DNA of 64,000 nt from Segatella copri (GCA_021628325.1 JAJXAL010000006.1:37-64036); one strand, 5' to 3'. Numbered from the stretch's first letter, positions 49,075-59,228 are shown. Numbers and translations are program-made. Notes: a model not told the origin generated them from the letters alone.

Positions 49075-50166
49075 ATGGCAGAGAATGATAAATTTGTTGC
49101 ACCTGTTGACGTAAAGGAACAGCTGCAAAAGACGGCAAAGATCTACCGTAATAAGTTAATCACCATGCCTACCAGAGGTCTGAAGAAGTCACTCAGCTAC
49201 ATGACTCTTCGCCCAGGCATCCGTGTATCAGAGACCGTAGGCGAACTTACAGGCGGTGCTGAGTTCGGTCCATACGATGAGAACCGCGTAGCTGACGGCA
49301 ACGTCAAGATTACACCTCGTACCCTGGAGGTGTTCTTTGGCAATGTCGATATCAAGTTCTCACCTAACTCAGTTTATTCCACCATCTGGGGCGCCAACGT
49401 CACTAATGGCGATGCCCTGAAGAATGTGCCTATCACGCTGCAGGTTCTTCAGCTCCTCGCCCTGAAGCTCGGCAAGAACCTCGACAAGGTTCTGTTCAAG
49501 GCAGTACGCAACCCTACAGGAACAGGTTCTGTTGACCTCTTCAATGGTTTTGATACCATTGCCAAGACTGAACTGGATGCCGGCAAGCTTTCCAGTGGCC
49601 TCGGAAACCTCATCAAGGTTGCAGACATCCTGGGCGACAACAAGACCATCAACGACGACAACGCCGTAGATTTCGCACAGGGCATCTGTGAATTCGCCGA
49701 TGAAGAGCTGATGGCAGAGGATAAGGTTTACCTTTACGTTCCTCAGTCATTCGTCAACCTCTACAACCGTGCCTTCCTCAAGAAGTTTGGTGCTGCTCCT
49801 TACAACAAGGATTACAACCACCTCACCGTAGAAGGATTCGGCAACGTTGAGTTCGCTGTCCTTTCCAACAAGAAGGATGCTCCTTTCTTTGAACTTACTA
49901 CCAAGAGCAACATGCTGGTGGGCGTCAACGAGATCAACAACAACGATGTTGAGCAGATTAAGGTCGAGAAGTATCACCCATGGAAACTCGACTTTATTGC
50001 TACCAAGTTCTTCGGTACCCAGTTTGAGAGCATCAACAAGGAGCGAGCCCTGTTCATCACCGATGATGGTACCAAGCCACTCATCCAGAAGGCAACCAAA
50101 TCATCTGTCAGCCAGACTGGCGACAATCAGAGTGGCAAGGACGCTACCGCTGACGGAAACGTCTAA
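49075..50166 (+). CDS. Major capsid protein
   Basis: About 363 aa directly after the protease; DLFNGFDTI motif. Confidence 0.7.
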   Translation: MAENDKFVAPVDVKEQLQKTAKIYRNKLITMPTRGLKKSLSYMTLRPGIRVSETVGELTGGAEFGPYDENRVADGNVKITPRTLEVFFGNVDIKFSPNSVYSTIWGANVTNGDALKNVPITLQVLQLLALKLGKNLDKVLFKAVRNPTGTGSVDLFNGFDTIAKTELDAGKLSSGLGNLIKVADILGDNKTINDDNAVDFAQGICEFADEELMAEDKVYLYVPQSFVNLYNRAFLKKFGAAPYNKDYNHLTVEGFGNVEFAVLSNKKDAPFFELTTKSNMLVGVNEINNNDVEQIKVEKYHPWKLDFIATKFFGTQFESINKERALFITDDGTKPLIQKATKSSVSQTGDNQSGKDATADGNV

Positions 50167-50199
50167 TGTTTCACCTTATATAATATAGGAGATTAAATT

Positions 50200-50802
50200 A
50201 TGGTTTGTACTAACAAAGATTTATATAAATCGGTGCGCAAATGTCCGGGAACGATTATTCGTCCCGGCATTAAGCCTAAGTTCCTGGTCATTCCACTCTC
50301 GCAGATTCTGACATGGCCAAAGCTTCCGGACCCAGGCGATACCACCAAGGGACTGGAGGAACTCGCTACCTACAAGGGCGACTTCACGCTGGAAGCTGAC
50401 GCCAAGTGGCACGTAGTAGACCTCGTGGCGCTCAAGTCTTCCATCACTACGGAGACCCAGGGCGAGGCTCCATCTGCCACCTTCCTCAACAAGGCAGAGT
50501 ACATCATCGGCGGCACGGATGCCGATATTACCGGTCTTGGCCGTATGGCTATCAATGATGACCTGATCTTTGCCCAGCAGGATCCTAACGGTCGTTTCCG
50601 TATCCTCGGCAACGAGATGTTCCCGGTTAAGTCAACCTTTGCCCAGAACAGCGGAGCAGGAGCTACAGACTCCAAGACCTCAACGCTCAGCGTGGAAGCT
50701 ACCGATTTCTGCCCTGCTCCATTCTATGATGGCAAGCTCGAAACCGATGAGGGCGACATCAAGGGCAGCGATGGTTCTGTATGGACAGCTGAAGGAACAT
50801 AA
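50200..50802 (+). CDS. Probable major tail tube protein
   Basis: 200 aa acidic/Thr-rich; DPNGRFRILG, GAGATD, PAPFYDG; followed by terminator. Confidence 0.55.
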   Translation: MVCTNKDLYKSVRKCPGTIIRPGIKPKFLVIPLSQILTWPKLPDPGDTTKGLEELATYKGDFTLEADAKWHVVDLVALKSSITTETQGEAPSATFLNKAEYIIGGTDADITGLGRMAINDDLIFAQQDPNGRFRILGNEMFPVKSTFAQNSGAGATDSKTSTLSVEATDFCPAPFYDGKLETDEGDIKGSDGSVWTAEGT

Positions 50803-50849
50803 TTCTAGCCCAAATATACATAACTACATACGGTAAAATTAACTTGCTT

Positions 50850-50892
50850 AGGTGGCTCTCGCTTTATGCCTGAGCCACCTTTGTTTATTTTT
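50850..50892 (+). terminator. Intrinsic terminator
   Basis: AGGTGGCTC..GAGCCACCT then T-rich tract. Confidence 0.7.
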
Positions 50893-50912
50893 CACCTTAT
50901 TATATAGAATAC

Positions 50913-51593
50913 ATGGATCATCAATTCACCAGACAGATACAGGAGTGGCTCAACTCCAAGCACGAATCAGACGAAGCCATCATCAAGGGCGCCAACATGC
51001 TCTTCCGTCTCAACCGCGACCGCTTCTATCATGCCAGAGCCACCCGCCAGCCACAGGCATACCGTACCAACATAGAGTATGAACTGAATAAGTTCCTCAA
51101 GATCCGTCTCGACAACATGACCATCGAGGAGGTCAGGAAGATGAACGATATCGTGATTCCTGAAGCCCAGGCTATCATTGCCGAAGGAGAAGCAGAGAAT
51201 AACGGAGAAAATCAGGGAAAATCGGAGAAAAACGGCGATTCCATCGAGGAAAATGCCTCTACCGATGATACAGAACTCCCGTCCTCGGATAGCGATGGAG
51301 TGGCTGTTATCCGTAAGGGCAAGCGCAAGGATCACGATTTCCTGCCCAAGGAAGTAGCCGACCTCTGGGATATCAACGCCAAGCGATACAAGGAAATCAA
51401 ATCTACCTTCGAGACGCTCAAGGCGATGGAAGACAAGGAACCATGCGACCGATACGAGCATCTAAAGATTCTTTCGGATCTCGACAAGAAGTATCGTGCC
51501 GATATGCTCACCTACGACTCATACCAGGTGACACGTGCCGACCGTGACCGTGTAGCTAAAGCCAGACTCGCCGAAAATGCCAGCCAGGGTTAA
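50913..51593 (+). CDS. Hypothetical phage protein
   Basis: 226 aa, KGKRKDHDFLP motif; coupled to next gene. Confidence 0.7.
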   Translation: MDHQFTRQIQEWLNSKHESDEAIIKGANMLFRLNRDRFYHARATRQPQAYRTNIEYELNKFLKIRLDNMTIEEVRKMNDIVIPEAQAIIAEGEAENNGENQGKSEKNGDSIEENASTDDTELPSSDSDGVAVIRKGKRKDHDFLPKEVADLWDINAKRYKEIKSTFETLKAMEDKEPCDRYEHLKILSDLDKKYRADMLTYDSYQVTRADRDRVAKARLAENASQG

Positions 51594-52152
51594 AGTTGCC
51601 GATATACTCAAACCCATCGATGAGGTGAAGATACAGGCATACTTCGGACGGCACCTGCACACACTCGGACTCATCAAGTGGATCCTTTCACAGATTGGTC
51701 CTGCTGATGTGTGGGTGTCTTCCTACTCCACCTCCGAGGAGTTCCTCAGAGGTTTCCGCCTGATGCGGGATTCGGGCAGCATCTCGTCGGCAAAGATGCT
51801 GCTGGATGTGAAGGCAAGCAAGAAGACCGTACACCTGTGGCGGCTTATGTCGGCATGCTTCGATGATGTCTATCTGGGCGAGAACCATTCCAAGGTGACG
51901 CTTTTCCGGAATGATCAGCATGTTGTTTCGGTCGTCACGTCCCAAAACCAGACATACGGCAGCCGTGACGAGAGTACCATCATCACCACGGAACCACAGG
52001 TCTTTGCTGACCTGTTCAATGGATATACCAGTCATTGTGACAATCAAAGCTTAAGAATCAATGGAAATTACTCAGGAGTTACTCAACAAAGTGCAAGAGC
52101 TGGCAGAGAACCTGACTCCGATCTCGGAGATGTCCGTCCTTTTGGATATTAA
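51577..52152 (+). CDS. Phospholipase D-like (HxK) protein
   Basis: WVSSYS..NHSKVTL..VTSQNQT..RDE, single PLD-type motif lacking the Asp. Confidence 0.6.
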   Translation: MPARVKVADILKPIDEVKIQAYFGRHLHTLGLIKWILSQIGPADVWVSSYSTSEEFLRGFRLMRDSGSISSAKMLLDVKASKKTVHLWRLMSACFDDVYLGENHSKVTLFRNDQHVVSVVTSQNQTYGSRDESTIITTEPQVFADLFNGYTSHCDNQSLRINGNYSGVTQQSARAGREPDSDLGDVRPFGY

Positions 52153-52342
52153 GGAGGATGTTCTGCGTGATGAGATTCTCGACCCTGCATCAGAGCTCCG
52201 GCGCGTCTATTATCTGGGCATGGCAAAAGTCAGGCAGCAGATTCGCAGGAATGAGCTGGAGCTGGCTGCAGCCGGCTCACCTCAAGCCGTACAGCGCACA
52301 CATGAATATCTGAATAAAATGTTAGAGGAGATCAAGATATGA
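52061..52342 (+). CDS. Small HTH-like protein, possible terminase small subunit component
   Basis: 93 aa, ISEMSVLLDI..AAAGSPQA; upstream of terminase. Confidence 0.55.
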   Translation: MEITQELLNKVQELAENLTPISEMSVLLDIKEDVLRDEILDPASELRRVYYLGMAKVRQQIRRNELELAAAGSPQAVQRTHEYLNKMLEEIKI

Positions 52343-52971
52343 GAGAACCAGCCAACATCGATGCCATCATCGACCTGATGGACCGCACACCCGAAGAGAT
52401 GGATGCACAGAATGTTCCCGCACCCGTGCGCGACCGCATTCTGCGCATCCGGGCGCTTTATGCCTGGTGGCTCATCAATCCACGCAAGACAGACCAGGAA
52501 CTTGTCTTCAAGGATATGCAGGACTACAAGGTGCAGCGCATGATGGCTTATAATGACCTGCACCTCATCAAGCTCATACTGGGCAACCTGCAGAAGGTTT
52601 CCAAGGACTTTGCCCGGTACCGTTTCGACCAGATGATTCAGCGCACCTACGAGAAAGCAGACAATATGGGCGATGCCAGAGCCATGGCTGCAGCAGCTGC
52701 CGCATACGGCAAATACCACCTGCTCGACAAAGAAGATCCTGTCGACAACGGCTATGACCAGATACAGCCTCAGGTCTTCATACCTACTTCAGACCCTCGC
52801 CATCTCGGTCTCAAGCGCATACCTAACGTGATGGGCACCATCAAGAAGCTCATCAAAAAATACACCGACAACTCCATGGATCTCATCAAGATCGAGAGCG
52901 AAGACTATGACGAGCAGCTGCTGGAGTATACACCTACAGAGGAAATCAAACAAGAGGAGGGCACAACATGA
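52339..52971 (+). CDS. Hypothetical protein, possible terminase small subunit
   Basis: ATGA-coupled to both neighbours, directly before TerL. Confidence 0.6.
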   Translation: MREPANIDAIIDLMDRTPEEMDAQNVPAPVRDRILRIRALYAWWLINPRKTDQELVFKDMQDYKVQRMMAYNDLHLIKLILGNLQKVSKDFARYRFDQMIQRTYEKADNMGDARAMAAAAAAYGKYHLLDKEDPVDNGYDQIQPQVFIPTSDPRHLGLKRIPNVMGTIKKLIKKYTDNSMDLIKIESEDYDEQLLEYTPTEEIKQEEGTT

Positions 52972-54569
52972 TAGAGCAATACTTCAACCCTGCGCAACAA
53001 GAGGTCAACCTCATATCCGCTCGCGACAACGTGGTCGTGGGCGGTCGAGGCATTGGCAAGAGCATTCTCCATGCCACCTTCAACCTGCGCAACATGCAGC
53101 GCATGCCTGGCAGCAATGGCGGCTTCGTCTCCGCCAATACCAAGCGATGCCTCACCAACACCATACCGTCCATGCTACAGCACTGGGAGCGATGGGGCTT
53201 CCACCGTGGCAAGCACTATGTCATCGGCATCAAACCGCCCAAAAAGTTGGGGTGGCCTGATCCTGTCATCCCTCCTTCCAACTGGGAGAACACCATATCG
53301 TTCTACAACGGCTCCATCGGCACCATCATCTCACAAGACCGCAAGGGCACATCTAACTCCCTCTCGCTCGACTACCTCGACATCGACGAGGCTAAGTTCA
53401 TCGACTTCGAGCAGCTCAAAGACGAGACTTTCCCTGCCAACCGAGGCAATGTCAACCTCTTTGGCCAACACTACTATCACCATGGCATGCTCATTACTTC
53501 AGATATGCCCGTGACTAAAAAAGGCTCCTGGTTCCTCAACTATAAAAAAGACTGCGACCCTCACCTCATAGAGGCGATATCATCACTCGTGGTGGAGGAG
53601 TATGACATACGCAACCGCATCAAGACCTCTGGCCACATCAGCCTATATGCCAAGCGCAGACTCAAAGAGATTGGGCTGCTCCTGGCACAACTGCGTTCCA
53701 AGGCTCTCTTTTACAAGGAGTACTCATCCGTCTATAATGTCGAGGTCCTGGGCATGGAGTTCATCAAGCAGATGAAACGTGACCTCCCTGCACTCACCTT
53801 CCAGACATCCATCATGTGCAAGCGACCTTCCATCTCGCTCGATGGCTTCTACTCCAACCTCAGGGATGTCAACCTCTACTCTGCTCCAAACCTCGACTAC
53901 CTCGATGGACTGGAGTATGATGTGGAAAAGCTGCAGCACGTTGATTCAAGAATGGATGCAGACGTTGACCCAGACCGTCCGCTCTGCATCGCCTTCGATG
54001 CCAACGCCCTCATCAACTGGATAGCCATTGGCCAAGACAACCTGCGTGGAGAGGCACGCTTGCTCAAGAGCATCTTTGTCAAGTATGAGGAGAAGCTGCC
54101 CACCCTGCTCGACAAGTTCATGGCTTACTATGCATATCATCGCTGCAAAGAGGTCAACTTCTACTATGACTCCACCTTCGTGGGCAACAACTACGCCCTG
54201 ATGAATGATGACTTTCACACCTTCATCACCAACTATCTCACCGACCATGGTTGGTATGTCAACGAGGTCTATCTGGGCAACCCGATGGGGCATATAGAAA
54301 AAATGCTGCTCATCAATCGCATGTTCCTGGGCAAGGCTGACCACCGTGCCATGCTCAATGATGAGAACAATGAAGACATGCTTTTATCCATCCGACTCGC
54401 TGGTGTCTACAATGGCAAGAAGGATAAGCGAGGCGAAAAGCTGGCAGAGACCGAAGAGGACAAGCTGGAGGCTCGCACCGATGGCTCCGATGCCTTCGAC
54501 TCTCTGATGATTGGCATCGAGAAGTTCCCACAGGCTGATGGCTACGTCTCCTGTGGCTCCATGCTCTGA
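52968..54569 (+). CDS. Terminase large subunit
   Basis: Walker A GGRGIGKS, Walker B LDIDEAK, nuclease IAFDAN..TDGSDAFD. Confidence 0.88.
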   Translation: MIEQYFNPAQQEVNLISARDNVVVGGRGIGKSILHATFNLRNMQRMPGSNGGFVSANTKRCLTNTIPSMLQHWERWGFHRGKHYVIGIKPPKKLGWPDPVIPPSNWENTISFYNGSIGTIISQDRKGTSNSLSLDYLDIDEAKFIDFEQLKDETFPANRGNVNLFGQHYYHHGMLITSDMPVTKKGSWFLNYKKDCDPHLIEAISSLVVEEYDIRNRIKTSGHISLYAKRRLKEIGLLLAQLRSKALFYKEYSSVYNVEVLGMEFIKQMKRDLPALTFQTSIMCKRPSISLDGFYSNLRDVNLYSAPNLDYLDGLEYDVEKLQHVDSRMDADVDPDRPLCIAFDANALINWIAIGQDNLRGEARLLKSIFVKYEEKLPTLLDKFMAYYAYHRCKEVNFYYDSTFVGNNYALMNDDFHTFITNYLTDHGWYVNEVYLGNPMGHIEKMLLINRMFLGKADHRAMLNDENNEDMLLSIRLAGVYNGKKDKRGEKLAETEEDKLEARTDGSDAFDSLMIGIEKFPQADGYVSCGSML

Positions 54570-54635
54570 TACGCTGACCGATTTACTTATTAGATAAATA
54601 ACATGGTGGCTGGCATTCTTGCTTGACCGCCGATG

Positions 54636-54669
54636 AGGGGAGTGCGCTGTGAAGCGTGCTCCCTTTTTT
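54636..54669 (+). terminator. Intrinsic terminator with GTGA loop
   Basis: GGGAGTGCGCT-GTGA-AGCGTGCTCCC-TTTTTT. Confidence 0.8.
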
Positions 54670-55142
54670 CGTGCCCTTCCGTGACTATCTCCACATGAAA
54701 AACACGTTTTACATTCTTGCAAATTCTTTAACGGTCCTTTACATATTCCGCCCAATCCAAGGGGGTCGAGGGCGCGCTCGGGCGCAGGGCGGTGGGGGGT
54801 CCTTTCGGAGACAAAGGGCAATTCTTTCCCTTTGAATCCCTTGAAACCACGATAAAATCGGGGTTTTCCACTCTTTGGGTGTGGAAAACCTGTCGTAAAA
54901 CGACACATTTTGCCCTCTCCGCCCCGAGGTCGAAGACTGCAAAATGCTGCGATTTCATCGCTCTAAGGTATGTTTTTCTCCCCAAACTCCGAAAAACATG
55001 GCTTTTTTGATGCCGCAAATTTACCCTTTCTCATATCGTGTAAATATGTTAAAATTTGCGGTTTCATCGGTCTAACATCCATGACGCTCAAACGCCACTG
55101 AGGCTTAACACCAGGGTAAAGGCAAAAAGCCTTTTCTTTGTC

Positions 55143-55431
55143 CGCTTTATCCTGTCCGAGAGCTTTTCCCTTTATCGGTTATCCATCGGTCATTATCTCT
55201 TTTTCGGGTGCAAAGGTACGGCGGACGGCATGCACCAAGTACCGATAAATCTATTTTCCAAAAACTTTTCGGCAGCCTTCCGCAATCAGAGATTGGGTAT
55301 TCCTTAAAACTTTTGCCTAAATTCCTTGGCTTTCATACCTCTTCTCCGCTCGTCTGCATCGCACCGTAAAAAGCGACAAAAACGACCGACGGACAGAATA
55401 AAAAAAACTCTCAGACGGGCAGGCAAAGACG
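55143..55431. promoter_or_regulatory. Long imperfect inverted repeat, candidate single-stranded-DNA promoter
   Basis: 55143-55239 pairs with 55325-55431; TACCTTTG only on minus strand of left arm (55211-55218). Confidence 0.55.
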
Positions 55432-55486
55432 AGTTCAAACAAAAAAGCTCCTTCCTCCCTCTGGCTAGAATAAAAATTTTAAGCGT

Positions 55487-56011
55487 ATGAAAACTTTCAA
55501 TTATTACGAGTACAGCTCCAAGCGTTTCGACCGCTCAGCACAAGCAGAGCAAGTGAGAAACTTCATCTTTGCCTTCAAGGATGGAAAGCAGTGGGCGACA
55601 GACGCAGCTGCCGATATGGTGGTCAGCTCTTTCGTCAACACCTATGGCGACAAAGCCAGCGACTTCGTGATGGTTTGCGCTCCAGCAGCCAACTCAAAGA
55701 AGTACACCAAGCGCTTTTCTCGCTTCGCCCAAAAGGTGAGCCAAGGCGCAAAGGTACAGAACGGAAACGAGCACATTTCCATCTATGGAGAGCGCACAGC
55801 CAAGCACTTCAGCACAGACAGAGTGTGTGAGAGCTTCGACTACAGAGTGGCACTCGATAGAGAGTACTTCAGCGGAAAGAAAGTCATCATCTTCGACGAC
55901 GTGGTGACGAGCGGAGCGACCGCCCGAGAGTTCGCCAACGAGCTAGCCGAATGTGGCGCACAAGTGATGGGAGCGATGTTCCTAGCGAGAACAAAGAGAA
56001 TGTATAACTAA
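55487..56011 (+). CDS. Phosphoribosyltransferase-domain protein (ComF-like)
   Basis: KKVIIFDDVVTSGAT PRPP-binding loop; IFAFKDG. Confidence 0.85.
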   Translation: MKTFNYYEYSSKRFDRSAQAEQVRNFIFAFKDGKQWATDAAADMVVSSFVNTYGDKASDFVMVCAPAANSKKYTKRFSRFAQKVSQGAKVQNGNEHISIYGERTAKHFSTDRVCESFDYRVALDREYFSGKKVIIFDDVVTSGATAREFANELAECGAQVMGAMFLARTKRMYN

Positions 56012-56026
56012 CAAATAACAAAAGAT

Positions 56027-56710
56027 ATGAGACAAAATTATAACAATCTTTGTATGGAGGAGAGACCGCAGTACAGAGCCTATAACCAAGGTTTCGACAC
56101 CCTTACCAACGTTGACTTGATTTCTTTGGTAATCAACAGAGGGGCAGGTACCAAGGACAGCCAAGAGCAGGCACGACAGATTTATAACATCATGGGCAAC
56201 TCGCTTCGCAACATCGGCAAGGCGAGAATAGAAGACCTGGAAGTGGTACCAGGAATTGGAGACTGCAAGGCGATAGCCCTACAGGCAGCCATCGAGCTAG
56301 GCAGACGCTACCAAATGGAAAAGGTAGCGAGAAACACCGACCTAGGCAGCAGCCTGGCACTCTACAACTATCTTCGCCCAATGATAGGCTGCAATGAGAC
56401 AGAGGGCTTTTGGGTAGTGCTGATGAACCAAAACTTTAGGCTGATAAAGTGCACCAAGCTCAGCGAGGGAGGCATCACCGAGACAGCGGTGGACGTTCGA
56501 CTGATAATGAAAGAAGCCGTGCTCAACAATGCAACCATCATCGCCGTGGCACACAACCACCCATCGAACAGCACGCAGCCGAGCAAGGCGGACGATATGC
56601 TCACGCAGAAGATAGCCAAGGCGTGCGAGGTGATGAGACTTTTCTTGATGGACCATATCATCTTGGCTGAGGATGGCTTCTACAGCTATCACGACAAAGG
56701 CAAGCTATAA
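56027..56710 (+). CDS. radC: RadC (JAB/MPN + HhH) protein
   Basis: ERP, VPGIGDCKA, AHNHPS..PSKAD, DHII. Confidence 0.92.
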   Translation: MRQNYNNLCMEERPQYRAYNQGFDTLTNVDLISLVINRGAGTKDSQEQARQIYNIMGNSLRNIGKARIEDLEVVPGIGDCKAIALQAAIELGRRYQMEKVARNTDLGSSLALYNYLRPMIGCNETEGFWVVLMNQNFRLIKCTKLSEGGITETAVDVRLIMKEAVLNNATIIAVAHNHPSNSTQPSKADDMLTQKIAKACEVMRLFLMDHIILAEDGFYSYHDKGKL

Positions 56711-56938
56711 TATATATATAATAAGGTAAGGGGAAGGCTAAAACCTTCCCCCTCATTTTCCAAAAATTTTCGCCTGCGGCGAAAGCGTCTGGCAAGAGCC
56801 AAAAAGCGGTCGAGCATTCTTTATATACCATTTTCCAATCTTTATTGCAATTTTTGTTGTTAAATTTATCATTAAATTTGCGATTTACAAAAAATAGCCG
56901 TATCTTTGCACCGTGTTAATATAAACAGGATGTGAATT

Positions 56939-57367
56939 ATGAGCAATACAACGACTATATATACAACATACCAAACTGATGGCAGCCCTGTTGTGGCTAT
57001 ACAAGACAAAGGTACTGGCAAGGTTGCATTCGCTGGTGTTACCAATAAGGCTAACTTTTTCAACATCAGTACTGCCGACAGACTCAAGGAGTTGATGACT
57101 CGTGCCGTTAACAACCGCACACGTGAGCGCAACTACTTCAAACTATATTGCGAAATGCTTGACGGCAATATTACCGAAGAAGAGTTTGATAAAGAGATTG
57201 AAGAGCATGAGGATAAGTACATCATCAAACAAGATAAAGATGCTTCCATTGAAGACATTGAGGTGGCTCTTGAGGTCAGCCCATCGCTCATGAGCATCAC
57301 CTCGCCTGATGATATGGCTGAGGTATTCTCTTTCAGTGAAAAATCAATGCAAAAAAGTCTCCAATAA
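56939..57367 (+). CDS. Hypothetical protein (moron gene 1)
   Basis: Own promoter TTTG-N20-TATCTTTG (56877-56908); acidic. Confidence 0.7.
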   Translation: MSNTTTIYTTYQTDGSPVVAIQDKGTGKVAFAGVTNKANFFNISTADRLKELMTRAVNNRTRERNYFKLYCEMLDGNITEEEFDKEIEEHEDKYIIKQDKDASIEDIEVALEVSPSLMSITSPDDMAEVFSFSEKSMQKSLQ

Positions 57368-57807
57368 TGGCTATATATATCAAAGAAGGTGAAATCATAG
57401 AGGGCAAAAAAGCTGATGTCATTGCCAGAAGGGCTGAGTGGAAGGGACTCAAAGAGGAACCTATCACGGGCAAAAAGATGACATTATACGAACTAGACCG
57501 AAATAGTTCCGTAGAAATCACCGAAGCTCTTGAGCTCAACGAAGAGGACAAGAAAATACGAGAAGATCTCAACGTCCATGGCAATGTGGGTGACAAGATA
57601 CAAGGCGATGCCATCAGGCTTTGGGTTGACTCCAAAAGAAATTCTCTGAAGTTCAATACCAAGGAAGGCATCTCTGGCAGACATGGAGCCAACCTAGTGA
57701 GCACAAACAAGCGCACGGTGAGCAAACTCAAATATTCATTCGACAATTATAAAAAACTTTTCAAACACTCGGCTATCGAGTCTAACATTAAAGGACATAT
57801 AAAATGA
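57367..57807 (+). CDS. Hypothetical protein (moron gene 2)
   Basis: TAATG coupling with upstream gene. Confidence 0.7.
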   Translation: MAIYIKEGEIIEGKKADVIARRAEWKGLKEEPITGKKMTLYELDRNSSVEITEALELNEEDKKIREDLNVHGNVGDKIQGDAIRLWVDSKRNSLKFNTKEGISGRHGANLVSTNKRTVSKLKYSFDNYKKLFKHSAIESNIKGHIK

Positions 57808-58196
57808 ACATAGATATTCTTGCATTGTGTGACTTTGCACAAGATAATGACGGCAAACTTACCATCGTGGGCACTTTTGACCACTATGTGGTAAGAAAAG
57901 CACCGCTGCCTAAGAGCAACCTCTTCATGGTAGCGAGAGTTAAGATGAACAGCGAGGAAAGCAAACTTCAGCAAGAGTTCTCGGCAGAGGTTACAGAGAT
58001 GAGCACTGGCAAGATGATTCTTGGCCAGCCCATCAATTCCAAGATTGAGCCACACCCTTCAGATGAGTTTCTCTTCAGCAACTTCATCTTTGAGTTTACT
58101 GACCTGCAGTTCCCGGCTGAAGGTAATTATAAGTTTTCGTTCAAAATCGGCGACGTAGAGAACTCACTACCACTTAAGGTATATTTCCAGAAATAA
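57804..58196 (+). CDS. DUF6941-like protein (moron gene 3)
   Basis: LCDFAQDNDGKLTIVGTFD..FPAEGNYKF; ATGA coupling; terminator-like hairpin 58205-58240. Confidence 0.7.
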   Translation: MNIDILALCDFAQDNDGKLTIVGTFDHYVVRKAPLPKSNLFMVARVKMNSEESKLQQEFSAEVTEMSTGKMILGQPINSKIEPHPSDEFLFSNFIFEFTDLQFPAEGNYKFSFKIGDVENSLPLKVYFQK

Positions 58197-58501
58197 GCAT
58201 AACAAACCCTCGATACTCAATGTACCGGGGGTATTTTTTTGCGGAATATGCACGGAAAATCGAGGAAAATGCGGGGAAAATCGGGGAATTTCCGAGGAAT
58301 CCATTCCTCGAAGTGGCAGAACTGAAGGGAGATCCTGCGGTCGTTTCCGGTCGCTTTCGGTCGTTTTCGCTGTCATTTCCGGTCATTCCTGGATATGATT
58401 CAGATTCTTTCCGTTTTCTTTCCGTTTTTATTCCTTTTCATTCCTCATTTTCAAATTATATTATTACTTTTGCACCGGAATTTATTCAATTAATTGCAGT
58501 T

Positions 58502-58900
58502 ATGAAGAAAATTATTCTATTTTTAGCCATCATTTTTATGGCTATTGGCGCTAAAGCGCAGAGCACCATCCAGTCTGAGGATGGTAAGTATCCGGTTTAT
58601 TGCGACCTCAAGGCATATAACTTCTGGGGTGTCGGCAAAGTGAAGGTCATGCTTGATATGGGAGCTGTCTCTAATGGTGGAGGTTCCTTCGAGAGCTTAT
58701 ATGATGAGGATGGCAAACAGATCAAGTTCAATACCGTCATGGCAGCCGTGAATTATATGGCTAAGAAAGGTTGGATACTTGACAAGACATATTATGTAAC
58801 AGAGGGTGCCGGCAGGGCTGTTCTCCACTATGTTCTGGTGAAGAGAGTGAAGAATGATTCTGAGATTCGAGAGGGTCTGATTACCAAAGATGAGCAATAA
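58502..58900 (+). CDS. Exported hypothetical protein
   Basis: Signal peptide MKKIILFLAIIFMAIGAKAQ; TACTTTTG box upstream; FNTVMAAVNYMAKKGW. Confidence 0.75.
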   Translation: MKKIILFLAIIFMAIGAKAQSTIQSEDGKYPVYCDLKAYNFWGVGKVKVMLDMGAVSNGGGSFESLYDEDGKQIKFNTVMAAVNYMAKKGWILDKTYYVTEGAGRAVLHYVLVKRVKNDSEIREGLITKDEQ

Positions 58901-59146
58901 TATGTTATTAAGCATGTTTTGAAAATAAAAATGAGCGAGGAATGAAAATTTCTCGCTTTTTTTTTGGCGGTTCCAAATATTCTTCGTACTTTTGCCAACG
59001 GTTACAAGATGATAGTAGTCTATCCGGTAGGGCGACCGTTTCGCCTATGGCTTCTGGCCGCAGGCTTTTTTTATGCCTAGGAAAATCTTTTTTTCTAACT
59101 GGGAAAATAATTTTTCCCAACTGGGAAAATTGATATGCCCAATACA

Positions 59147-59228
59147 TGGCGGCTGCATGAACCGTAAGATTTGATTTGTCCTCTCGGATAAGCCATCATC
59201 TTGTAACCAACGGGGAATGCAGCCGCCA
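59147..59228 (+). ncRNA. Candidate c4/CI-like antisense RNA
   Basis: 12-bp closing stem; internal CATCATCTTGTAACCA complementary to 59000-59013 and 59253-59268. Confidence 0.55.

Noticed and set aside
58220..58501. N-terminal extension of the exported protein and the 10-11-bp quasi-repeats within it
   Set aside because: Low-complexity non-coding tract; the signal peptide begins at 58502; no function can be supported
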